From Octopus bimaculoides (lineage: Eukaryota): a stretch of DNA of 64,000 bases. Both the position numbers and the translations under genes were made by a program. This document shows positions 1 through 9,808 of this stretch, piece by piece (the stretch's first letter is position 1; the number at the start of each line of letters is the position of its first letter). Where the stretch lies: NCBI RefSeq assembly GCF_001194135.2, contig NC_068982.1:145130404-145194403 (forward strand). Direction: 5' to 3'. The notes below the pieces were generated by a model. That model was not told the origin of the DNA. It saw nothing but the letters and a program-made list of their open reading frames with translations, and made no database searches.

Positions 1-58
<58 letters not shown>

Positions 59-235
59 GTGTATATAAATATGTATATATATGTATATATATAGATATGT
101 ATACATACACACATATACATGCATAAATATGTACATACATATATATTTATATATATATGTATAGCTATCTATTTATCTATCTCTATAAGTATACATACAT
201 ATACATATACTACATGCATGCGAACATGCATACAT
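1..235. repeat. (TA)n / (CATA)n compound microsatellite
   Basis: Pure TA run at 1-55, followed by degenerate TA/CATA repeats. Confidence 0.95.
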
Positions 236-894
236 ATATTAATGGATAGTATATCATGTATTACTCTCCTCGGTCTTTGGTTTTAAATCCCACTTGCATT
301 ACTTCTCTTCATTCTCCATCTTGCATTATTAAAGGAGTAGGCAATTCTCACTAATGCATGGTTCACTCTTGAACACGTGACTCGAAAGTACCAATTATAA
401 TAGTTTATTATTGACTTTGTGTAACTGTTTAGACATTTCCTTTGTCTGTTGTCAGAGGTGTTATGTAGTTAGAGGTTGGCTCTTGGTTGATGTGTTCAAA
501 CTTGATACTAGTTTGGCATCTACGCTGGTGTCAATATATTCACCTTGGAACATCTTAAGACCTTTATTTGTTGTAAGAATGATCTTAAGTTTTTAAAATA
601 TTCTGGTATTTTTTACAACCTATAATTATATCTTTTAGTAATTATAGATTATCCTATAATCAAGAGAGTTGACATGTTAGGGGGAAATAAGAAGCGTTTA
701 AATCGATTCTAGTATTTGACCCTCTTTCCCGAAGGTCATGGATCTTCGTGCCAAAGTTTTGGGATAATTATTCTAGTTTATTTTGCTGTTTATTTTGCTA
801 GTCTCCTGCTCTCCCGAGCATTGAGGCACAGAGGCTATTCAATCTTTAAATTCATCTTCTGCTCTTTGACACATAAATAAAACTCTTCACACAC

Positions 895-1118
895 TGTTGT
901 GTCGACGCCACCAGGCGAAGAGGTAGGATCTCTCAAGATATATAAATAGAGGTAGTCTGGCCGTGGTAGAATGTTGAGTAGCAGTCGAGTAGCAGTTGTG
1001 TAGCGGTTGAGTAGCGATCATCCGAAGGTGCTAGCTAGCAGTAGTTTGAGACATAACATACACACTACTACTCCAGAGCGAATAAGAGAGTTGTGATGAT
1101 TAACTCTATAATCTCCCA
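895..1118 (+). mobile_element. Possible solo LTR-like fragment
   Basis: Begins TGTTGTG, contains TATAAATA (~951), four tandem 11-bp units TTGAGTAGCAG-like (974-1017) and an AATAA downstream. No matching TSD was found and the 3' end is uncertain. Confidence 0.3.
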
Positions 1119-2323
1119 AACTCCTGAATTCCGAACTGGAGCCGCTGCACTCAATTTATCGACTTGGAATGCGTCAATGAAAAAAAAGTAAAGTAAAAAG
1201 AACATATGGGACTATTCGACGCTTGCTCAACTTTCTAGTGAAGCATCGTTTTCTTTTGTTAGTAATCCTAATAAATGTTCTGTCAATAAAATAACGCTTG
1301 TTTAATGCACGTTTATTTTTTGATTACTTTAAATTTGTTTTATTGCATTCACAATAATGGCAATGAGAATCCATTAATTTGGCGTCTAATCAGAATTGCT
1401 TCGACAAAAGATTTTGTTTTCAATTTAAAAAAAAATTAGATTTAAATAAATCTTAAAAATTGTCTATAGATGTGCATAAATTATACGGGCGTTTTCGTGT
1501 TACAGCTTTTGTTGGCCACTTTTTCTTCCCCCGTGATATTTTTTACTACACAGTTTTCCATGTTCTGGCTTCAGTTAAATGCTGTATTTTACATATGTTT
1601 CTGTGTTAAGTGTNNNNNNNNNNNNNNNNNNNNNNNNNNNNNNNNNNNNNNNNNNNNNNNNNNNNNNNNNNNNNNNNNNNNNNNNNNNNNNNNNNNNNNN
1701 NNNNNNNNNNNNNNNNNNNNNNNNNNNNNNNNNNNNNNNNNNNNNNNNNNNNNNNNNNNNNNNNNNNNNNNNNNNNNNNNNNNNNNNNNNNNNNNNNNNN
1801 NNNNNNNNNNNNNNNNNNNNNNNNNNNNNNNNNNNNNNNNNNNNNNNNNNNNNNNNNNNNNNNNNNNNNNNNNNNNNNNNNNNNNNNNNNNNNNNNNNNN
1901 NNNNNNNNNNNNNNNNNNNNNNNNNNNNNNNNNNNNNNNNNNNNNNNNNNNNNNNNNNNNNNNNNNNNNNNNNNNNNNNNNNNNNNNNNNNNNNNNNNNN
2001 NNNNNNNNNNNNNNNNNNNNNNNNNNNNNNNNNNNNNNNNNNNNNNNNNNNNNNNNNNNNNNNNNNNNNNNNNNNNNNNNNNNNNNNNNNNNNNNNNNNN
2101 NNNNNNNNNNNNNNNNNNNNNNNNNNNNNNNNNNNNNNNNNNNNNNNNNNNNNNNNNNNNNNNNNNNNNNNNNNNNNNNNNNNNNNNNNNNNNNNNNNNN
2201 NNNNNNNNNNNNNNNNNNNNNNNNNNNNNNNNNNNNNNNNNNNNNNNNNNNNNNNNNNNNNNNNNNNNNNNNNNNNNNNNNNNNNNNNNNNNNNATATAT
2301 ATATATATATATATATATTTAAG

Positions 2324-2360
<37 letters not shown>

Positions 2361-2361
<1 letters not shown>

Positions 2362-2571
2362 CGAGACCTGATCAATAGGTATCCGGACTGTTGCCATAGT
2401 AATGATGCTAAAGCACATAGAATGAAGCCGCTTGGCACAGATTGACCTTAAACTCTACTGTGCATGCGCACTAAGTTTTAACGTTCTAGCTCATTTCCGC
2501 TGTTTACACCAGTCCTTCGAAGGAAGGTGTGTAGCGTGTGATCGTCGCATTGACCAAGACAGAGAAAGTTG
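2361..2571 (+). mobile_element. Mariner transposon 5' fragment (TIR plus 5' UTR up to the mutated transposase start)
   Basis: Starts CGAGACCTGATCAATAGGTATCCGGACTG, a mariner-type TIR next to a TA run. Ends ...TTGACCAAGACAGAGAAAGTTG, resembling an MTEKV-type mariner N-terminus with a lost ATG. Confidence 0.6.
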
Positions 2572-2672
2572 TCATGGTGATACCTGCTGTGACGTGTGTA
2601 GCGTGTGATCATTACATTGACCACAGTAGAGGTCAAGGTCATCTGGACGATTGGAAAAGAAAAAAGTTGCGC

Positions 2673-3046
2673 TTATTATTATTATTTTATGTTTGACTTT
2701 TGTTTTGCATTTGTACAAGTTGGATCCAAGTCTCACCCAGAGACCTCAAGAGACAACAAGTTAGAAGTTCATGTAGGTGTTATGCCTAGGATACCATATA
2801 TTTGGATTTGTACAGTTTTGTTCAAGTGAATGTTTAAGAAACCATAAGAAAATTATGTTTGCTTTAAAATTTGAGATCACATAGAAAGTATTTTACGTAG
2901 GATATGGGCAGTTCCCATGAGCACTATCTTTTGAACTTCTCTTCAGATTCCACATTTTGCTAATTTCTATTTCAAGATCTTTATATTTGCTCAGTTTTTG
3001 GTAGGTCTTGACAGATACGTTTATATCAATTGGGACAGTCATATCA
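2673..3046 (-). mobile_element. Non-LTR retrotransposon 3' end with restriction-like endonuclease (R4/Dong/NeSL-type), internally deleted
   Basis: Minus strand reads DMTVPIDINVSVKTYQKLSKYKDLEIEISKMWNLK / EVQKIVLMGTAHILRKILSM* (stop at 2877-2879), then a 3' UTR and an (ATA)n tail at ~2673-2686. Truncated by an N gap. Confidence 0.85.
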
Positions 3047-3661
3047 NNNNNNNNNNNNNNNNNNNNNNNNNNNNNNNNNNNNNNNNNNNNNNNNNNNNNN
3101 NNNNNNNNNNNNNNNNNNNNNNNNNNNNNNNNNNNNNNNNNNNNNNNNNNNNNNNNNNNNNNNNNNNNNNNNNNNNNNNNNNNNNNNNNNNNNNNNNNNN
3201 NNNNNNNNNNNNNNNNNNNNNNNNNNNNNNNNNNNNNNNNNNNNNNNNNNNNNNNNNNNNNNNNNNNNNNNNNNNNNNNNNNNNNNNNNNNNNNNNNNNN
3301 NNNNNNNNNNNNNNNNNNNNNNNNNNNNNNNNNNNNNNNNNNNNNNNNNNNNNNNNNNNNNNNNNNNNNNNNNNNNNNNNNNNNNNNNNNNNNNNNNNNN
3401 NNNNNNNNNNNNNNNNNNNNNNNNNNNNNNNNNNNNNNNNNNNNNNNNNNNNNNNNNNNNNNNNNNNNNNNNNNNNNNNNNNNNNNNNNNNNNNNNNNNN
3501 NNNNNNNNNNNNNNNNNNNNNNNNNNNNNNNNNNNNNNNNNNNNNNNNNNNNNNNNNNNNNNNNNNNNNNNNNNNNNNNNNNNNNNNNNNNNNNNNNNNN
3601 NNNNNNNNNNNNNNNNNNNNNNNNNNNNNNNNNNNNGCATCCAGTCCTCAGAGTTTTTCAG

Positions 3662-3662
3662 A

Positions 3663-3729
<67 letters not shown>

Positions 3730-3752
3730 GTTGTTGTTGTTGCTGTTGTTTT
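3662..3752. repeat. (ATT)n then (GTT)n trinucleotide microsatellite
   Basis: Direct inspection. Confidence 0.95.
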
Positions 3753-4820
3753 ATCGTGAAATCCCGGAGGTTTTGTAGAATTAGTAAAGCGAAGAGCATA
3801 CGATTACTTGTCGACAGAAGGCGTGTGAACGGAAGTCTCCTCTTTATTCCTTTATCTGTCTCTTTAGAATAGAACCGCTTAAGTAAATATGTTTGACCAA
3901 CATGTAAATGACAAGAGAGACTGTTCAAGCTGCCCTTCGATCTTTTTTAAACAGAGATCTACGTGCTTCAACTGCAAGATCCATTGGCAATAGATGTATG
4001 TTTATTAAACGGACGCATGTGAATTCATTTACTAGTGTTAGTAGAGTTATTAGAATTAGTTACAGGTGGATTAGGAAAAAGACTTTTATGTGACATGGGC
4101 ATAGTCGATACATAATTAGAAAATACAATATAAGTTACAGGCTATTGGAAGCGGTTTTTACGCAATTTCACTTGAATATCACTAATAGAAAGGAGTTCTA
4201 ATTCATAGACTAAGCAGAATATGCCAGTCGTATACGCAGATACACACATACACGCACACACGTATATATACATATATATATATATATATACATACATACA
4301 CATACATATACAACATGATTCAGTTCGCTGTTACTCTGGAATTTTCTCCCTGCACAAATAGATCACAGGACAAAGTAAACTGGGTCAGAACGACAGACCA
4401 CTTTCCGCAATGAAAGTATACGATTGGTTTTATGATGGACACCAGTGGGCGGAAGTGTATAATTAGCTGGCCGTTAGGTGACATTACAATATAATACATA
4501 CAGGCTTTAGCCATGTCTCAGCAGGAAAAAAATGTGATAAGAAATGGTGGAAAGAGATGGTAAAGTAGATACCAGCAGATCATAGAAAATTTGTATCTGG
4601 TGAGATTGTGAACCGAAGTATAGTAAAATGGTATAACGGTGAAAAAGTGGGTGGGGAGGGACAATGCCGCATATCAATGATTGACAAATTCAGTTTCATC
4701 TATTAATGAGAATTTCTTCATGGGAAAGTGTTTATTTAAAGTTGCACGAAACCTGTATCTAAGTACGCGCCTGGCTTTGTGGCATGTGACCTATATCCGC
4801 TTCTTTTATTACATCTGTTC

Positions 4821-4943
4821 TACACACACACACACACACACACACACAGATAGAGAGAAAAGAGGAGAGACAGAAGAGGAAAGAGGGAGAGAAAGAAAGA
4901 GAGAGAGAGAAAAGAGGAGAGACAGAAGAGGAAAGAGGGAGAG

Positions 4944-4974
<31 letters not shown>

Positions 4975-4984
4975 NNNNNNNNNN

Positions 4985-5042
<58 letters not shown>
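4821..5042. repeat. (CA)n/(AG)n compound repeat including a duplicated ~52-bp purine unit
   Basis: GAAAAGAGGAGAGACAGAAGAGGAAAGAGGGAGAGAAAGAAAGAGAGAG occurs twice, followed by (AG)n across a 10-N gap. Confidence 0.9.
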
Positions 5043-5639
5043 GCAGCGTGTTAGTGGACTAGTTCAAATTTAAGAAAATATAACTTCAACACCCAATAGA
5101 CCTGACTCGGTCAGTTGCTCTAATTTAGCATTTATTACATTCCATCGTCGTCACCATCATCATCAACGTCACCATCGTCGTCGTCGTCGTCGTCATCATC
5201 ATCATTATCATCATCATCATCATCGATGTATGTACCGAAACTATTGTGTAGACCAGAACTTTGTGCGATAAGGGTTACATACAAACTACAGAAGATGTGA
5301 ACTTTGTGACAAAAACGTAAAGTACAAAGATGAGATGAGTCAGAGAAAACGTTTTAACAGAACACAGTACATCAAATAAACGAGAACAGCTACTTCGATA
5401 ACTACGAAAGAATATATCAGGACAAACCAAAACAAAATGAAAAACGGAAGAATTATATATGTACTTATAGAGTTCTTTAAATGTTTCAAGTCTTTTAATA
5501 TGTACGAGAGAATGTTTAGATGACATCAGCTGAAAAGTATTATTTATGTATGTGAACAATGACAAATTTGTTAGCACTGACAGATATATTCTTTTCCTTT
5601 GTTATTCTTTTATTATATATTTTAAAAATTATTTTACTG

Positions 5640-5675
5640 GGCGTAGGAGTGGCTGTGTGGTAAGTAGCTTGCTTA
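5640..5675 (+). mobile_element. SINE family A, 5' part of tRNA-derived head (interrupted by insertion)
   Basis: GGCGTAGGAGTGGCTGTGTGGTAAGTAGCTTGCTTA contains an A-box-like TGGCTGTGTGG. The sequence resumes at 7788. Confidence 0.9.
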
Positions 5676-7787
5676 TTTCGGCGCATGCGTCGTTAGTTGG
5701 TCTGTTGCTTCCAGAGAGAGAGAGAAGATGTGAGCTTTGGCTCCGTGAATAGGAAAAAAAAGAACAAAAAGGCAGTCGTCAAAGTAGGCGTTTTTTTGTG
5801 CTTCGAGCTGGGTGGGAATTTATTGTGTGTGTTCTTTTTCTTTAGTAAATTTTTCTGCCTAGCTCTGGGGCAATTTCGTCTGCTTTTGGCGACTTTTAAT
5901 TGTTGCTTGCCTTAGCGAGCAAAGATATTGTGTTTCTCATTCGTCGATATTGGTGGGCGTGTTCGTGTCGCCATAACAGCGGACTGAGAATTTTTTTGAA
6001 AATTTTTTTTGAGTAAAATTCTGTGTGGTGTTTAACTTGTACATTCTGGTGAGCGTATTTGGCCAGAAAAGTTATACTCTGTGGAGTTTACCTAACTGGA
6101 GTACAATCGAAAAGAACCCTGACTATTGGATTTACCTGGTTGGAGTATTATACAGAGCCAAGGATTCCCTGTCTGTTCTATTTGTGTGCATTGTTTTCTT
6201 TTTATTTTTCCTTTCTTCCATTTTTTCTTTCTTTCTAAATTTCGGTTCCTTCTTTTCCTCATTATTTTAATTTCAGTTTTTTTCCTTCTCTTTTATTTTG
6301 TTTTTCTTATGTTTTTATTCGGTCTTAATTTTTGGCGAACTGTTTTTGTGAACTGTTTCTGAACCGTTTTTTTTGGACATGACAGAGAAGGAACTTAAAA
6401 AGAAGAACGCTGTCTTAGAGTGTGAAATTAACCCACCCAAGCAGTGGTTAAAAGACATGGAGGAGAGGACGGTAGTGATTAGAACTTACTGTAAAGTTCT
6501 TGATACCATCACCGTCTTCCCAAAACTAACTATAGAAAAGGAATTGAAAGACTATATGTCTTCTGTGAAATACATATCCCGCGGTGTCAAGCATGCAACG
6601 GTGTGGTTCCTGTTTGACACCCCGGAGGAGGCTCTCAATTTTGCGAGCCAGCCCTTAGAGTTCCTTCCGTCGTACTGCGGGAGGAAATTAATAAGAGACT
6701 GGGTATGTGGGTTACCCCCAAACACTGAGGTAGGTTGGATCGAAGATACCATCCGACGGGGCCTGGGAGATAGCGGGTCCAGGCTCTTAAATGTAAGGGT
6801 ATCGCCGCCGGTCGATTGAGTAGAGTCAAAAGCGATTTTGACTCTGTGAACCCCATCGGCCGCAACAGATCTGGTTTTTCCAGATTCTTAAAAAATGACT
6901 GGCTGCAGGTATCCGCTGATACTTGAGGGACGACACCCCAAGCGTCACTCGTGCCTAGAACCAGGCCACATAAAAAAGAACTGCCCCCATGACCATGGTA
7001 AGGTCCTGGAACAGTTACTGGAAGCCACATCCCCTACCCGGTCAAAGAAAAAGGTGGATGTGGTTAAGCGGGCAACATGTCTGCATGTCCCGAAGGTCCG
7101 TCGGTGGGAATTGTTCCACCGACAGAGGAAGACCCGTCGATGGGAATTGTGCCGCCGATGGTGGAAGTGGCTACATCGTCCCCGGGGAATGAAGAATCAT
7201 TGGTCTTCTTCTACAGAGGCGGAGAGGTGGAGGAGGTGTTGGAAAAGCACCAGAAGGGAGAAACCTTGACCTGCACATGTGACCCCGAATGGCCTCCGCA
7301 GATAGCTGTGGAGGTCATAACGTTGTCCGTGGAATCGTATGCTCTTCGCTTAATGAGGAATATCGCTTGTGGCCGGGTGACGCCGACACGTCACCCGCTT
7401 TGTGCTTAAATGAGGCGTGGGTGATGGCGGAAGATGTGGTCACAAGCGATGTTGGGGAGGAATATGGATAAGAGGTTGAAAAACCTCGGGGTTTGAAACC
7501 TTATTCTGTTTAAACAAAGTAAGAGGCTCCCTTTTGTATCAATGAACAGTTGTAAGAGAGTTGTTGCTTCATATATTTGTAATAAGATGCTTTGTTAGGA
7601 CCCTGAGTCCAATAAGAAATTGCTTTATAAAAGAACAATGTTTTAGAGAAGCAAAGTTCGGCGGGCGACTTCTGCTTTCTCCCATTAACATCATCGTGTT
7701 CATCATTTATCTCATCTCATTAATGTCTTTGCTCAACTCGCGGCTACTCAGTCTGTGTACGGCTTTCATAGCCATTATAATGAAATA
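5676..7787 (+). mobile_element. ORF1-only (non-autonomous) Tx1/L1-like retroelement with 14-bp TSD
   Basis: Flanked by the exact direct repeat AAGTAGCTTGCTTA (5662-5675 and 7788-7801). Comprises ~700 bp of 5' UTR, a decayed gag-like ORF1, ~315 bp of 3' UTR and an A-rich end (ATAATGAAATA). No endonuclease or RT motifs were seen. Confidence 0.75.
6379..7471 (+). pseudogene. Decayed LINE ORF1 (gag-like, CCHC zinc knuckle)
   Basis: ATG at 6379. ORFs 6373-6819 and 6895-7269 share one frame, bridged by three in-frame stops (PPVD*VESKAILTL*TPSAATDLVFPDS*KMTG). EGRHPKRHSCLEPGHIKKNCP is an EGRxPxCxxCxxxGHxxxxC knuckle with the first Cys mutated (CGT). The acidic, Pro-rich C-terminus continues in shifted frames to the stop at 7469-7471. 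Confidence 0.75.
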
Positions 7788-8173
7788 AAGTAGCTTGCTT
7801 ACGAACCATATGGTTCCAGGTTCAGTCCCACTGCGTGGCACCTTGAGCAAGTGTCTTCTACTATAGCCTCGAGCCGACCAAAGCTTTGAGAGTGGATTTG
7901 GTAGACGGAAACTGAAAGAAGCCCGTCGTATATATGTATATATATATATGTATGTGTGTGTATATGTCTGTGTGTCTGTGTTTGTATCTCCCCAATATCG
8001 TTTAACAACCGATGTTGATGTGTTTACGTCCCCGTAACTTAACGGTTCGGCAAAATAGACCGATAGAATAAGTACTAGGCTTACAAAGAATAAATCCTGG
8101 GGTCGATTTGCTCGACTAAAGGCGGTGCTCCAGCATGGCCACAGTCGAATAACTGAAACAAGTAAAAGAGTAA
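7788..8173 (+). mobile_element. SINE family A, remainder (B-box, CORE-like motif, internal TA/TG microsatellite, tail)
   Basis: GGTTCAGTCCC B-box, CACCTTGAGCAAGTGTCTT (CORE-SINE-like), GAAGCCCGTCG(TA)n and the 3' ...CTGAAACAAGTAAAAGAG. The same layout recurs at 8790, 9432 and 46345. Resembles Octopus OR-type SINEs. Confidence 0.9.
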
Positions 8174-8179
8174 ATATTT

Positions 8180-8262
8180 TCTTTTCTTTTATTGTTTTAC
8201 TGATTTTATGTTATTGGCTGCAGCAATGGGTCTTGGAGCATAGGGTTGAAGCGATGTCGAAC
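8180..8262 (-). mobile_element. SINE family A 3' tail, degenerate, tail-to-tail with the preceding copy
   Basis: Partial reverse-complement match to the family A tail (TTTTACTG...GGCTGCAGCAATG...GGAGCA...GTCGAACC). Confidence 0.5.
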
Positions 8263-8789
8263 CAAGAGTTTCTTAATTTTTTTCTTTTTGTTTTTAAGTA
8301 ATGTTCGTAGGGTATAAAGACAAAGATGAACCAAGATGTCAATAAATGTAACTAAATTACCAGGAGATTTTCCGTTTGACTCTCCACTGATTTTGTCATA
8401 ATTCCGCTGGCACGTACATAGAAAGCCAGTCTTGTGTATGTGTGTGTTTATGTGCTTGTGTGCCTCTGTGTGTGTGTGTGCGCGTGTATGTCTGTGTGTG
8501 TGCGTGCGTGTGTGAGTGTGTGTGTGAGTGCGTATTGAAGACTTTAGTCGGTTCAAAGATACTGTACAAGACGTTTAGACAAAAAGACGCCAAAGAAATC
8601 TTAACAAGGACGAAACACTTCTAAATCAATACCTTGAAATGTCATTCTCGCTCTCATGGATTACTGCTTCAGATAATAAATACATATGTATATATATATA
8701 ATAATGTATGTTTGTATATGTTTGGATGCATGTATAAAAATAAATATGTACATATAATCATCCACATATACATATAAACACAAACATAA

Positions 8790-9398
8790 GCGCAGGATTG
8801 ACTGTGTGGTAAGAAGCTTGCTTCCCAAACAGATGGTTCCAGGTTCAGTCCCACTGCGTGGCACCTTGGGTAAGTGTCTTCTACTATAGCGTCGGGCCGA
8901 CCAAAGCCTTGTGAGTGGATTTGGTAGACTGAAACTGAAAGAAGCACGTATATATATATATATATATATATATATGACGGGCTTCCTTATATATATATAT
9001 ATATATACGACGGGCTTCCATATATATATATATATANNNNNNNNNNNNNNNNNNNNNNNNNNNNNNNNNNNNNNNNNNNNNNNNNNNNNNNNNNNNNNNN
9101 NNNNNNNNNNNNNNNNNNNNNNNNNNNNNNNNNNNNNNNNNNNNNNNNNNNNNNNNNNNNNNNNNNNNNNNNNNNNNNNNNNNNNNNNNNNNNNNNNNNN
9201 NNNNNNNNNNNNNNNNNNNNNNNNNNNNNNNNNNNNNNNNNNNNNNNNNNNNNNNNNNNNNNNNNNNNNNNNNNNNNNNNNNNNNNNNNNNNNNNNNNNN
9301 NNNNNNNNNNNNNNNNNNNNNNNNNNNNNNNNNNNNNNNNNNNNNNNNNNNNCAAATGACTGAAACAAGTAAAAGAGTAAAAGAATAAAAGAATATGC
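8790..9398 (+). mobile_element. SINE family A (spans N gap)
   Basis: GCGCAGGATTGACTGTGTGGTAAGAAGCTTGCTTCCC...GGTTCAGTCCC...CCTTGGGTAAG. The tail CAAATGACTGAAACAAGTAAAAGAG follows the gap. Confidence 0.85.
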
Positions 9399-9431
9399 AA
9401 AAATTGTGTCCGCAGTTAATAATGTCGATTC

Positions 9432-9808
9432 ACAACCCCTTGGCTTCCGGTTCGTTCCCAATAAATGGTATCTGGGCAAGTAGATTGTACTATAGTGTGG
9501 ACTTGGCTTATACTTTATGAGGCATGGATGGAAGCTACGAAAATTCATTATACACACTCCGCCCCACACACACTCACTGAAAGAAGTCCGTTGTGGTATG
9601 TATATGTATATATATGTATACATCTATGTGTGTGTGTTACTTTGTGCCTGTGTTTTGTCTCATCCATGTCCACTTGACGACCGATATTGGTACGTTTACG
9701 TTACTTAGCGGTTCAGGAAAAGCGACCGATAGAATAATTACTAAGCTTAAGAAATATATCCTTTCAAGGTCGCAGTCAAATGACTGAAACAAGTAAAATA
9801 ATAAAAGT
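9432..9808 (+). mobile_element. SINE family A, diverged copy
   Basis: Degenerate B-box and CTGGGCAAG, GAAAGAAGTCCGTTG, an internal TA/TG tract and the tail CAAATGACTGAAACAAGTAAAA. Confidence 0.75.

Noticed and set aside
3892-3993. Short peptide MFDQHVNDKRDCSSCPSIFFKQRSTCFNCKIHWQ with two CxxC
   Set aside because: It is only 34 codons, the spacing does not fit a standard zinc finger, and it could arise by chance.
4351-4478. Possible exon ITGQSKLGQNDRPLSAMKVYDWFYDGHQWAE
   Set aside because: The acceptor is plausible but the donor is poor (GTGTAT) and no family was recognised. It cannot be supported without RNA data.
6373-7471. ORFs 6373-6819, 6895-7269, 7077-7409 and 7289-7471 as separate host genes
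   Set aside because: They are pieces of one decayed retroelement ORF1 inside a TSD-bounded insertion.
5640-8173. A-box/B-box sequences as tRNA genes (also 8790, 28400-28496, 34750, 42354)
   Set aside because: The heads continue into SINE bodies and tails and no complete cloverleaf is evident. They are tRNA-derived SINEs.
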